In this document: positions 49,201-61,676 of the stretch, one piece after another
Layout: each line of letters starts with the position of its first letter
How positions within the stretch are numbered: the stretch's first letter is position 1
From: Microthyrium microscopicum
Lineage: Eukaryota
Reading direction: 5' to 3'
NCBI GenBank assembly: GCA_010405405.1
Contig: MU004242.1
Location: 469,751 to 533,750, forward strand
Length of the DNA stretch: 64,000 bases
Translations under genes and position numbers: made by a program
Notes under the pieces: model-generated
Databases searched by the model: none
What the model saw: only the letters and a program-made list of their open reading frames with translations
What the model was told of the DNA's origin: nothing

Positions 49201-52200
49201 AAAGGCCGTAAAAAGACCCTGGACTACTGGGAAGCCGAGCCAGTCGAGTCGAGCGCTCCAGCTGAGTTGGACCAACCTCTTGATGTTCCGACTGAAAATC
49301 TTGTCGATGAAGAGCAACCCGTCGCTCTCAAGGATATCATTGGCACATCAGCTTCAGATCTAGAAGAAACCGAAAAGCCAACAAAGTTGGAACCTCAAGC
49401 CTCAGACTCAACTTCAGCAATGCCAGACGATGAAGAGCCACCTGTTTATCTTGATGACCTGATCGCAACACCAACCACAGAGCGGAAACCAAACGACAAG
49501 CCAGCAGAGACAGAGGTGGTTGATAGTATCATTGATGATGCCAGTGTCTTGCCGGTTACATTCAAGGCTCTGGACATCCCCTCGACTGATCCGGTTCTTA
49601 CTATGCCAGACGACATTTCACATCCGCCAACAAAACATGTTCTAGAAGCGCACCGACAAGGTGATGAAGCAAGTCCCGTCGTCATGGAGTCCCACATTGA
49701 GCCAGCCTTCGAGCCTCAAGTTCACAAAGAATCAGAAGCGACACGGAAAACTTCTTCTCGCGACACAAAACTTGAGGAACCATCTGATAAGCCTCTCTCT
49801 GTTCCGTCAGATCCAGTGGATGATTCTGTTGAAAAGGCCGAGGCGACATTTACGGATGAACCGGAATCCGTGTCCGAGCGCGCTCGTTCTCCGGAACCTT
49901 CATTTCCTTTACTCAAGCGGGCTTTGTCAAAAGGCAAGAAAGGCAAAAAGAAGAAGCGAGTCACATGGTCGGATCCCCCAACTCCAGCTGAGCCCGAGGA
50001 ACCCAATGCTACTCAAACTCGGGATTTGGAAGCTGAGCCCGAGATCGCCCAATCTGCCGAACAAGATGATTGGGCCGAAACGCCCAAACCGAAAGGAAAT
50101 AAGAGCAAGAAGAAGAAGGCCCAAGCATCCTCCTGGAACGAAGACAGCGAAGCCACTCCAGCCGCCGACCAGGACAACTCTCTTGTCGAACAGCCAGTCA
50201 TCGAACCTGTCGTGGAACCAATCGTCGAGCCAAGCGTGGAACCAATCAAAGATTCTCCTCAACGGCCAATCGCAGAACCTGTCAAAGAGCCAATCGCAGA
50301 GCCCGCGGAGGACTTTGTTGTCAAAGATACCTCTGAAACAGCTGATACTACTGAGCTTGCCGACAATAACGAATTAGCAGAAAAACCCGAGCTCACTGCC
50401 CTGACTGAAGATGACTCTTGGGTTGAAAAGCCTAAAGCCAAAGGCAAGAAAGGTAAAAAGAAGAAGGGTCAAGCATTCAAGTGGGAAGATGAAGAGAGCG
50501 GCACTATATCTCCTCCAGTTGAACAGCCTATTGCTTCAGATACTGCTCAAGAACTTCCTATCAATCCCGCACCTACTACCGAACAAGACGTCTCGGAACC
50601 TGTTGAAGACAGCTCTTGGGCTGGACAACCCAACCCCAAAGGCAAAAAAGGCAAGAAGAATAAAACTCAACCCTTTGCATGGGAGGACGAAGTCACCACC
50701 GCCCCAACAGAACAAGAGCCCGCCGAGACACCTAGAGAGCTCCCCATTGATTCGACACCTGTCGTAGAGCAATCTGTACCCTCTGTCTTGGAAGAAGAAT
50801 CGTTATTAGAGCAGCCCAAGCCAAAGGGAAAGAAAGGCAAAAAGAAAAAGGGCCAAGCTTTCAATTGGGAAGACGAGGAACCTGTTACAACTTCCTCCGA
50901 ACAGCCTTCCATCACTGAAACCTCTCGAGAGGCGACTGCCGATCCTGCTCCCGTGTTGGGCGAAGGGAATTTTGCGCCAGCCAGCGAAGAAACTTGGTCT
51001 GAGATGCCCAAAGGAAAAGGAAAGAAGGGCAAGAAAAGTCGGCAAGCTTTCAACTGGGAAGAGCCAGATACAAGTACTTCGACTCCTGCTGCCGACACAG
51101 AAGCAGTCCAAGAGCCTGCTGAGCCACTGCCAACTGATATTGCAGCTCCTGTGACTGAAGATACTGTCAACCAATATCTCGATATCCAGGAGGAGCAGAT
51201 TCCACAGCCAACCGCGGAGCTCACCGCACACCAGATTCCTGAGCCTCCAGCAGAGCCAGATACATCTGTTCGATCTGCTCCTATCGAAGACGATGATCTC
51301 TGGGCTGCTCCTAAATCCAAGGGCAAGGAAGGCAAGAAGAATCGACAACAAACTTTGGACTGGGAAGAAACCGAACCTGTCACAACTGAGGAGACTGGAA
51401 CCGCCGTAGCAAGCGACGTTCCTCTGGCGACTGAAGAATTTGCCGAGATCTCCGCTCCAAAATCCAAGACCAAAGGCAAAAAGGGCAAGAAAAAGAACCA
51501 AGCTCAGGACTGGTACGAAGAGGATCCGCCCCTCTCTGCGACTGAGAATGAAGTCATTGAGCCGAAAGACTTGAATACTGAAAGAGTTGAATTGCCAGTG
51601 ACGGTAGCAGATGTTGAACCGGACCTTGAACGATCTCGTGAAACTTCCATGGATGATACGAAGTCTCAGCCACCACTTTTCATTGACAATGAAGCTGTTC
51701 CCGAAGTTGAGCAAGCTCTTATTGAACGTCCTAGCACGGAACATTCTGAACCGCCAATCATCACAGAGGAACCCGAGCCCGAATTTTCAATCAACTCGAA
51801 GAAGGGGAAGAAAAAGAAGAACAAGCTCGTGGATTGGACCGAAGAAGAACCTCAATCTGATGCTCAAGATGTTGCCGCTACTAGGGACCTTGACATTGAA
51901 GACCCGGCTCTTGCTTCCACAGAACAGGAGTTCTCTCCGCCTGCCAAGTCTAAGAAGAAGGGCAAGAAGAAGAACCTGTTCACAACCTGGGATGAAGACG
52001 AATCTCCCGCTCCTGTCACAGAGGCCGAAGACATCACTGAAACTGCCAATATCGACACCTCCACCGCTCCTGCGCCTGCTAAAGAAGACGAGTTCGAGCA
52101 GTCCTCCAAATCCAAAAAGAAAAACAAGAAAAAGAATCGAAGTCTAGCTTGGCAAGAAGAGGACGCACCTGCCTTGGACGTGGAAGATCCTACTCTCGAC

Positions 52201-55200
52201 AGTACTCCAATTGAAAGCCAAGATCAGACAATAGCAGAAGTGCAGGAGCCTGAGCCTGTTGTTGATGAGTCGGTTTCCAAGAAGAAAGGAAAGAAGAACA
52301 AGAAAAAGTCTCAGCCTTTCAGTCTTGACGATGAAGATACGGGGACCGCCACACCAACCGCAGCCGAAGACTCCGAGACTCGCGAAGTTGTACCAAATGA
52401 AGTCGAGGATGAATGGGCGCCAACGACAAAAAAGGCGAAAGGTAAAAAGGGCAAGAAAGGCAAGAAGATGGAAGCATTTTCTTGGGATGAGCCCGCCGAG
52501 CCCAGTCTGCCCAAGTCAGACCTAGCCGTTGAAGAAATGATCGATCGTGAGGTTGAGATGCAACAAGAACCCGTTCAGGAACCAGAACCAGCTCCAGTCG
52601 CTCCTTTGACCGAGACGATGGACGTTGATGAGCCAGAAACCGAACTAGCCAACGTCCCGCGTGATTTAAATGTTGATCCCATGGATATCTCTGAGCCCAT
52701 CCAAGAGGAACGTCTTGCCGAAGAAGAGTCCACAGTCCAGCCGTCCAAGAAAGACAAGCAGAAGTCTAAAAAGGCCAACAAAACTGCACAAGCTCTTGAA
52801 ATACTCAGTGCTGCTGGCACGGCTGCTATTGCTGCGCATATGATGAAAGCAGGCAGTGAAGAGTCCTCCGAGCACACATCAGCACCAATCCAGCTGGACA
52901 AACTGGAACGCGAACACCCTGTCTTGTCCCGCGAAATGGAATTTGATCCGTCAGAAGTTGCCTTGCCCGAAGCTGATGAGCACGAGCATGAATCTCTCGA
53001 GCGTCACATTTCTCATGATCCCTCTACTATTCCTTTGCCAATCGCCGACGAGATGGAAGAGGTTCATCTTGCTCAGACTCACCACGATCTTGCAGAACAG
53101 CGACACACCGCCAAGCATGATCTTGATGCTGCTGTCGCCATTGCAGACGTACTTAGCGACAAAGCCTTCTCTCGCCCATCATCTCGCGCCGGTGTTCTCG
53201 AAGAGCCAGACTTTGACGACTTTCCCCAACATGCGAGTCGCAAGTCATCAAGACGCGGCTCTAGACGTCAAAGCCGAGCTCAATCGCGCGAGCGAGCTAT
53301 GGATCTGGACGAGCCGCAGCCAGTATCAATGGCTGAGGACGAGTTCGCAGCAGCCGTTTCTACTGGTTTACTTGGTGCCGGTTTCGAAGGCGGCCATAAC
53401 CTAGAAAAGTCAAGAGAAATAGCGGATGATAGGTTGCAAGAGGAGGGTGAATCACCCATGGAGATCACTGGAATGAGAGCGGGTACCAAGACTGGTTGGG
53501 GTGGTGATCGTTCGTCGAGCGAGGAACGAGGTTCCAAGCGTAGCAAGCCCAAGAGAGGTCGGTCGCTAGAGGTGGAAGAGCCAGTGGAGCAGACTGTTGA
53601 AGCTTCACAAGAGAAAGAGATGGAGCCAGTGGATGAGTGGGCACTGCCGGTGGAAAAGAAACGCGGAAAGAAGAAGGGTAAAGGTGGGAAGAAGAACAAG
53701 TTGCGGGGTTTGGAAGAGGAGGATACACCCAGCTCAGGCATGGACATTGATGTGCCAAGAGAACGCGAGGAGAACACATATCACAGCGAACTGGTTGGAG
53801 CAGCACTTGCCGGGGGGATTGGTCTAGGTGGTGCTGCAGCCATTGCAGCCCATGGCAAGGACAAGGAGCACGATCAAGCCTCGCATCACGAACACAAGCC
53901 AAAGCAGTCTCCTGACAGCCTACATCAAGAAAGCCACAAAAGAGCCTCACCAGACGAGTTTGACGAGACCGTTCTTGCACCAGCCAAGCGAGTTGAAACT
54001 GATGAGGTAGCCCCAGAACATCCAGACACACTCCAATTAGAAGACGGACACGACGTCAAGAAACGGTTATCAACTCGAGAGATCTCAGAGCCATCTTGGT
54101 CATTCCCCCAAAATCGAGACAGCGCCATTGAAGTGATCGATACTCCGGTCTTAACGCAAGAACCCTCGCCACGAAACACCACTCGAGATTCTGGATTTCC
54201 GGAGACACCAATCATTGCCCACGAAACTCCTGAGCCCCACCCAAGGGATTTCGAGCCCGTATCTACTAGCAAACGATCGCGATCATCTCGACGAAGCTCC
54301 ATTAAATCACCTACCAAGATTCAAGTCGAAGTTCCAGCAGATTGGGATGTGGCTGTCGGAGAGGGATCACCAGAAAAGCTCGTATTTCAAGAAAAGGGTA
54401 CTCCTCCCAAATCCGAACATGTCCGATCGCCCCCAGCGGTTGAATCGACTTCACGCGAACGATCTAGTGCTGTACTGTTTCAATCCTCGCCTTCTACGAG
54501 AGAACATTCTCAACTAGAGCATTCTACTCCACAGCGACATCCAATTGAACCAACAACTCCAAAGGTCGCTGAGGAGTCGCCCGCCCGTCTGCGAGACCTG
54601 GATCTAGAGTCTCCGTTGCTCAAAAAAACCCACGATCTCGAAGATCTGGGAGACTCACCACGCAGTCACAAAGCAGCCAAAGTCATCTCTCCTAAGGAGC
54701 ACGCTTCTACTCATCGCGCTGTCTCTGGACATGCATCGGACGGCCTACGAATCAACACTGGATCTGGCCCACGAGCCATCTCACCTTCTCAAGCAAGCCA
54801 TGTCTCAATTGATGACATGATTGCACGAAGATCTTGGCCACCTGTTGATGAAGACAACGAGACTGTTGGCATAGATAATGTCTTAAGCCGCGACAAGCAA
54901 CGAACTGTCTCCACGCCCTCTCGCAAGCCCAGCCATAGCCACGAGCTACGACACATGGGTCACAGTGGTAATCTACGATCAGCCAGCATTGCCAGTGATG
55001 TGTCGGCTTCAGGAATAGGGCGACTGCGCAGTCCTGATTTCTCGCGGCCTCTCAGTGCAGCGTCAAATGGATCTTCCCGCAGCTTGCGCCGCACGGACCG
55101 CGGCTCGGTCCGTGATCTTCGGTCGCAAAACCATTCGCCAACTCCAAGCTCAGGCGCAAGCGCGCTAGCAACAACAATCGCTGGCACTGCTCTCCTCTCA

Positions 55201-56905
55201 TCTCTCGCAAGCAATTCCACAAGAGCAAACTCCAAAGGCAAAGCCCGTGATATGGATGGCGAATATGTAAGCGTCTCATTTAAATCTTGAACTCCAATAT
55301 AGTTACTAACTTTGTGGTCTACAGGATGGAATCGGAACCCTTCCACAGTCGCCAAGAAGCCCCGCCAGGCCTCACAGTCTGCGCAAGAGGCAAAGTCTTC
55401 ACGTTATGGATCTCGAGGGTCGCGTCGAACAATTAAGCGCGGAAACAAGACAACATCAAGAAGCCGTGGCTCGGGCTGAACGTGCTGCCCAAGATGCGAT
55501 CGCCGAACGAGAAACCCATCTTACAAGTGTGCGCAATGCGACCGAAGCCCTTACACAACGAGATGTGAATATTCGCGAGAAAGATGAACAGATTCGCGAA
55601 CTTCGAGACAGTATACAAAATCTGCAGAATGAAGTAGATCGTCTGGCGCAAGAAAATGGCACCCTTACAGAACAAAACCAAGGCATGGCCAACAATGCGA
55701 CTGAAAGAGTCGTAAACCTCGAATCGGAACACGAGAATACCCACAAACAATGGCAGGATGCTCTCTTGACTATCGCCGCTCTCAAGGCTCAACAGGCGGA
55801 CATGACGAAGAAGATGGACGATATGGTTCGCGACGAGATCTCGAAAGCCACTGCTGATCAAGAACGGGAAATCCATCGTTTACAAACCGAACTCGATGAC
55901 TCGGTTGTCCAAATTCGTGAGCTTCAGCAACAAGTGCTAGACTCAAAGCAAGCTGGCGATGATTTCCTAATCGTTAGAGACGAGGATTATTTCGAAGGCG
56001 CATGTCAACAACTCTGCACTCATGTCCAACAATGGGTCCTTCGGTTCTCCAAATTCTCCGACACAAAAGCCTCAAGACTTTCGTCGGATGTGAAAGACAA
56101 ACGGACTGAAGAGCGACTCGACGATTGTATACTTGACGGCTCCGATGTCGACGGTCTGCTCAACGACAGAATAAAACGACGTGATGTGTTCATGTCAATT
56201 ACCATGTCACTCATCTGGGAGTACGTCTTCACGAGATATCTCTTTGGCCTAGATCAAGACCAGCGAAAGAAACTCAAATCACTCGAAAAACAACTGACCG
56301 AGATTGGTCCACGTCGAGCAGTCGCACAATGGCGCGCCATCACCCTCACTCTTCTCTCGCGACGCGAATCCTTCAAGGCCCAACGAAAACAAGATACTGA
56401 AGCAGTCGTGCAAGAAATCGTCGCCACTCTTTCCCGCCTTCTCCCTCCTCCATCTCACCTCAAGAACCAGGTCTTGGAATCGTTACGCAAGGTTATGGGC
56501 CTTGCCGTAAACCTGTCCATCGAAATGCGCACGCAACGCCCAGAATTCATCATGCTTCCTCCTTTGCGTCCAGAATATGACGCCAATGGCGACCTGGCCG
56601 GAAAGGTCAACTTCAGCGCTGCACTCATGAACGATCGCAGCCCCGACGAATTGAACGGCGAGAAACTATCCAATGAAGATCTCGAGGCGCAAGAAGCAAA
56701 TGTCAAGATTGTCCTCTTCCCACTCGTCGTCAAGAAAGGCGATGACAGTGGTGAAGGCGAGGACGAAATTGTAGTGTGCCCAGCACAGGTGCTGGTCGCG
56801 AAACAGAACAAAGGGAAGAAAGTTGTTCGTGTTCTAAGTGGTGCGATGGATATCGATCCTCGTAGATCGTCTGCCGCTATTCCAGGCGAAGGCGTCCCAT
56901 TCTAA
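37300..56905 (+). CDS. lah: Leashin, giant Woronin-body tether ('involucrin-repeat' protein), about 6,515 aa; exons 37300-55266 and 55325-56905
   Basis: 5,989-codon first exon joined in frame through intron gtaagc..tactaac..cag to the 499-aa ORF. N-terminal WWKDHEDVRKMEAYTEAIGVCAHCFDP block; disordered acidic middle with dozens of poly-Lys stretches; C-terminal coiled coil plus RDEDYFEGACQQLCTHVQQWVLRFSKFSD domain. Architecture matches Aspergillus LAH (recalled, not searched). Confidence 0.88.
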
Positions 56906-57582
56906 ACTGGAGCGTTTGTTTGTGTTATGCTCCATTTTGCGATATAGATTTGAGAGCGAGCGGGTATTGAAAAATTGGGTTCATTGGTTTTGTGCATTCG
57001 GAAAGGCGTTGGTTGCTTTTCATTATCATTACGATGACACGATTGTCTTTTTTCTTTGTCACGGTCGAATGCTTTTCATCTTGTTAAAACTACTTTTCTG
57101 TCTGTAATAGTGTAGATTTATATATCATAATATCAGTTTGTCGATATCATACTCAGAGTCTCAATGCCTCTTCATTTTGTGCGTCTTCCTAGCAAAAGCG
57201 TATCTGTTTCTTCTAAGCATCTGTCACATTTTATATGCTCCACTCAATCACTTTGAACAACTTGTTAAGACGCACTGTGATCACAAGTTTCAGGGTTGGT
57301 AGATCGGGTTCTCCCATGGTCTTAATCTAAGTATTTAATCTCCCAGCTATTAGGACTACTTCTATCACTGGCTACAAAGACCTAAGTCTTGTAGCTTGCA
57401 GTCGAATATCGGCTATTCCGTTCAAGCATAGTTTATACTAGGCTTTTGATATTATTGGCAATGATCGAAAGTAGACCGACGTCAAGAAAGTCGACGTGAC
57501 TAAACATACAAGATTCAGTCTTGTCAAGAGCCGTTATTAACGAATATTTCTTTCTTGACGAACTCATAGCGAACTCGAAGTC

Positions 57583-58525
57583 ATGTACATTCCATTCATT
57601 GCCACGGCACTCGTTGCTGCTATCAGCGTTTCTGCGCAAGGCAAAGGGAAATACCCAGCTGTCGGTTCACTCAACATTGCACAAAGTTATGCAAGTACTA
57701 ATAGCTTCGAATAGGGAATCGTAGCTGACCCAAATTTCCCCAAACACACCGTGTACGCGCCCAAAGATACGTCCGTCAAGACTCCCATCCTCGTCTGGGG
57801 CGAGAGTGGCTGTATCAACAATGGCGGCGTCATGTCTGCTTTCCTAACGCAGATTGCATCTCAAGGTAACTTGCCCCCTTATCCACATACGTTTTAAACC
57901 ATACTGACATCTCCACCCAGGCGTAACCGTCTTCGCCAACGGCCCCAGAAGCGGCGGCGGCGGCGGCCAAACCCTCAAAAACAACCTCATGAAAGAAGCC
58001 CTCGACATACTCGACACCAAAGCCAGCGACCCCAAATACGCACACCTCGACCTAACCCGCGTCGCCGCCGGCGGGCAATCATGCGGCGGGCTCGAAGCGG
58101 CCGTCATGGCGCTCGACAAGCGCGTAAAGTTCATCGGCATGTTCAACCAAGGAGGCACCGATGCCAACAAGAAGGGCTTACCGGTTCCAAATAACGGCAA
58201 CGTGCCGGATGGGAGCAAATTTAATGTGCCGACGTTCTTCTTTGCGGGCGGGCCGAGTGATAACCCGGGCCAAAATGGTGCAAAGGACTATGAGAAGATG
58301 CCTGCGGGTGTGCCGGCTTGGTTGGGGAATTATGCCTCTAGGGGTCATGGTGGGACGTATAGTGAGGCTAACGGAGGGACATATGGTGTTGTTGGGGCGA
58401 ATTGGGTCAAGTTTGTGTTCTTTGGGGATAAGGAGGCAGCGGAGTTCTTCAAAGCTGGAAAGGCGGCTGGGTTGGGATGGTCGGGAATTAAGTCGAAGAA
58501 TTTGGATAAGTTGCCTGTGTCGTAG
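57583..58525 (+). CDS. Secreted alpha/beta-hydrolase (esterase-like), 3 exons (57583-57660, 57715-57865, 57921-58525)
   Basis: Signal peptide MYIPFIATALVAAISVSA; nucleophile elbow GQSCGG; candidate acid GGPSD and His GHGGT; both introns restore the frame. Confidence 0.85.
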
Positions 58526-58658
58526 TAGATTTTTTGGTTGTTCGCTTGCCATAATATAGTCATCGAAATGACAAGGTAGCCATGGACTTATTCAACTTAG
58601 ACATCACGTTGAGTCTCCCAGGAAGGCGACGCGACATTCCATTTGTAGTGCCATCAAA

Positions 58659-61238
58659 CTAAGTTTTCACTCCTGGAGCAGCTCCTGGAGCAGCTCCTTG
58701 AGCTTTCGGCATTTTCTTGCCATGTCCACTGAGGCTCTTCTCCACGCCTCCTTTCCAGAAATGGGGAGCAACTTCTGCTAACCATGTAACCTCAATAGGC
58801 GCAACCTGCCGCATCCAATCGGCACTGGTCTGTACTATTTCGTGGTACATAACCACCTTCGGTCTCGTAGCATCGCCCGATAACGAGCTAGAAGGATGTA
58901 TCTTGACCGTCATATTGTTCTTGAGCGTCCGATAATGCATGCCATCTCTTGTCAACGTGCCAGTATGGCTAAAGTATCCTGCCAGTAACGACTTGAGGAT
59001 TGGCACGTAATCCGCGGCACCAATACTGGACATCGGAATATCAACTCGGTCACATAACTGCTCGAGTTGTTCGCGTACTAGTCTTGCGCGCTGCAGGGAG
59101 CGGTATTGCACAAAGTTTTCTTTGGCCCACATCATGCTGTACTCGCTCTCTTCCCATGCATTGAACACGTTAAGCAGTGAGATGTGATCACCACCTTCTT
59201 TGCTTGCCATTCGTGCGCGAGCTGAATCTGCATGGACCTTTTGCTCCTTTGGTCGAAAGAAGAGGTTTGCAGCTTCGCCTAGCATGGCGACGATGGTGAT
59301 GACTTCGGCGACACAGCCGTTTTTGCTACTCGCGATGATCGCGGCAGCCAGTTCCGGTTCAGTAGGAAACTCGATCATTTGGCGACCAAGCTTTGTAATG
59401 CGTCCATCAGTAGCGAGGGCGCCGAGCTCGTAGAGAGAAGACAGAGCGGCGATGAGAGCATTAGGAGACGGAGCATCAAGATAGTCGAATTCAATGAGAT
59501 TTTCAATGCCCATTGCTTTGAGGAAGAGAACCATTGATGAGAGGTTAGATTTTATCATGTCAGGATAGATTTCTTCGGGCATTTCAGAAAGCCAGCTGTG
59601 TTTTGTGTAGAGACGCAGGCAGGTACCTGGGCCAACACGGCCTGCTCGACCGGCCCGTTGTTCTGCTGATGCTCGTGAGATTGGCGTGGCTTGCAGACTT
59701 TCTGTTCCAGTAGCTGGATTAAAGACGTTGTCCTTTGCTAGACCGGAATCTATCACGTATGAGATTCCTGGGACTGTGATACTGGTTTCGGCGATGTTTG
59801 TTGCTAAGATGACTTTTCGGGCTCCTGGTGGTGTTAGATCGAAGATCCGTTGTTGGAGTTCTGATGGCATGGAACTGTAGATTGGTGCCACCACTATTGG
59901 CGCTGCTCTACTTCCCAACTTTTTGGCAGTCTCTTCTATTTCTGATGCTGCAAGCTCGATGTCGTCTTGACCAGTCAGAAAGACTAATATATCGCCAGGT
60001 ATCTTCTGACTGAGATGTATTTGCCAGACTGTCGTTACAGCTGCGGCAACATAATTTGCTTCTGGAGCACTGGAGAACATAGTCTCCACTGGGTGCATTC
60101 GTCCTGGAACATGGAATATTGGACAGTCTCCTAGGAAAGCACTGAACTTTGCACTGTTGAGTGTTGCAGAACTGATGATAAGTTTTAGGTCTGGACGATG
60201 CTGACACAGATCCTTGAGGAAGGCCAGTAAGATATCTGTACTCAGTGTCCGTTCGTGGGCTTCATCTAACATAACCACCGAGTATGCGGCTAGCGTGGGA
60301 TCCGCGATAAGTTCACGAAGCAAGAGGCCATCAGTCATGAACTTGATTTGCGTCTTGTCTGATACCTTTTGCTCGAAACGAACGCTATAACCAACTTGAG
60401 CTCCTAATCGAACTCCTTGCTCATCAGCAACACGAGCTGCGACAGACATGGCTGCTACTCGACGTGGTTGTGTGACTGCAATCATCAGACCCGAGTTCAG
60501 ACCTTCCTCTAATATGTACTGTGGGATTTGTGTAGTCTTGCCGGATCCAGTATCAGACGAAACGATTATGCTCTGGTAATTTTTTATTGCGTCCACCAGC
60601 TCTGTTCTGTATTGGTACATGGGCAGCTTTTTCCGTCCTTCTTGCATTGACGTGGCCTCTTTCTCAGCTTCATCTATCCTCTTCTCGAACTCTTTTTGCT
60701 CCTGGGTTTTGGGCTTCGCTTTTATGGTTCCAGCAATGGTTGAGCCTTTGACAAAGTTGAGCTTATGGGAGTCGTCAAAAACATATTCATAGTCTTCTTC
60801 ATTCACGCGTCCGCCTTGTGATGGAAGGCCGGCCGTAGCTTTCGCCTTGGCTGCCTGTTCATCTTCCCATAATTGAAACTCAGACTTGTTGTCTCGGTCT
60901 TTTGTGCGCTTGGTGAGGGTTTCTTTCTTGGAAACCTCGCCCGCCTCTTGTAGAAAGAAGCCATCGCGATCCTCAGCCTTTTCCCGCGCATCCAATAGCG
61001 CCTCTGCTGTATTCAATATATCTCGATTCTTCTGGAATTCGGCGAGTTCTCGTCTGCTAAGATGGGGATTGGTGCGCTCTTCTTGAGCTTCCTCTTCGAC
61101 TTGTTGGCGCAGCAGTAATATTCGCTCGACTTCTCGTTTCTTCAGGTAATCTTGACGCGAGCGCAACCTTATGTCATCGACACTTGGTCTGTCTAATACG
61201 TCGACATCTTCCCGGCGGCGTTTGCGATCGCTTGACAT
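58659..61238 (-). CDS. Spliceosomal DEAH-box RNA helicase, Prp2/Cdc28/DHX16 family
   Basis: GSGKTTQ, TQPRRVAAMSVA, DEAH, SAT, ATNIAETS, QRAGRAGR; N-terminal RLRSRQDYLKKRE and EFQLWEDEQ characteristic of DHX16/Prp2. Confidence 0.92.
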   Translation of the reverse strand: MSSDRKRRREDVDVLDRPSVDDIRLRSRQDYLKKREVERILLLRQQVEEEAQEERTNPHLSRRELAEFQKNRDILNTAEALLDAREKAEDRDGFFLQEAGEVSKKETLTKRTKDRDNKSEFQLWEDEQAAKAKATAGLPSQGGRVNEEDYEYVFDDSHKLNFVKGSTIAGTIKAKPKTQEQKEFEKRIDEAEKEATSMQEGRKKLPMYQYRTELVDAIKNYQSIIVSSDTGSGKTTQIPQYILEEGLNSGLMIAVTQPRRVAAMSVAARVADEQGVRLGAQVGYSVRFEQKVSDKTQIKFMTDGLLLRELIADPTLAAYSVVMLDEAHERTLSTDILLAFLKDLCQHRPDLKLIISSATLNSAKFSAFLGDCPIFHVPGRMHPVETMFSSAPEANYVAAAVTTVWQIHLSQKIPGDILVFLTGQDDIELAASEIEETAKKLGSRAAPIVVAPIYSSMPSELQQRIFDLTPPGARKVILATNIAETSITVPGISYVIDSGLAKDNVFNPATGTESLQATPISRASAEQRAGRAGRVGPGTCLRLYTKHSWLSEMPEEIYPDMIKSNLSSMVLFLKAMGIENLIEFDYLDAPSPNALIAALSSLYELGALATDGRITKLGRQMIEFPTEPELAAAIIASSKNGCVAEVITIVAMLGEAANLFFRPKEQKVHADSARARMASKEGGDHISLLNVFNAWEESEYSMMWAKENFVQYRSLQRARLVREQLEQLCDRVDIPMSSIGAADYVPILKSLLAGYFSHTGTLTRDGMHYRTLKNNMTVKIHPSSSLSGDATRPKVVMYHEIVQTSADWMRQVAPIEVTWLAEVAPHFWKGGVEKSLSGHGKKMPKAQGAAPGAAPGVKT

Positions 61239-61676
61239 CGCGAGTAGGCTAATGGATCTTGGATATGGCTATCGTGCTTCAAATCCGGGCGGGGAAGAGG
61301 CTAGTTGAATGGCTTAGGGGTAATGGAGAGTACAGTGCTCCTGCTAGATTGAAGAAATTATTGGTGTGAGGATTGAGCAACGAAGTAGGCAACCTCTCTT
61401 CACGTGGGACACTTGCAACTTTTCCAGGTTGAAGCTGCCCGCATAAAATCCACGAGGTGTGGCCGTGCAAGCAGAAACGCCACATTTAGCCACTCCTGAT
61501 CTTCCGAAATCTTTCGACCAGCATCAAATTCCACAATTCTGCTGCCTACAACTGTTCTAATAGTCTATTTGCTTCAGAGAGCTTTCTGGTGCTTCCCATG
61601 GACCGTATCGTCAATTGAAAACTCACCATTCCCGCCTTGATACCTTCACCATTTTTCAATTCCCATCCGTAACACC

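Noticed and set aside
37466..55355. Many 60-350-aa overlapping and antisense ORFs
   Set aside because: Shadow frames of the low-complexity leashin coding sequence.
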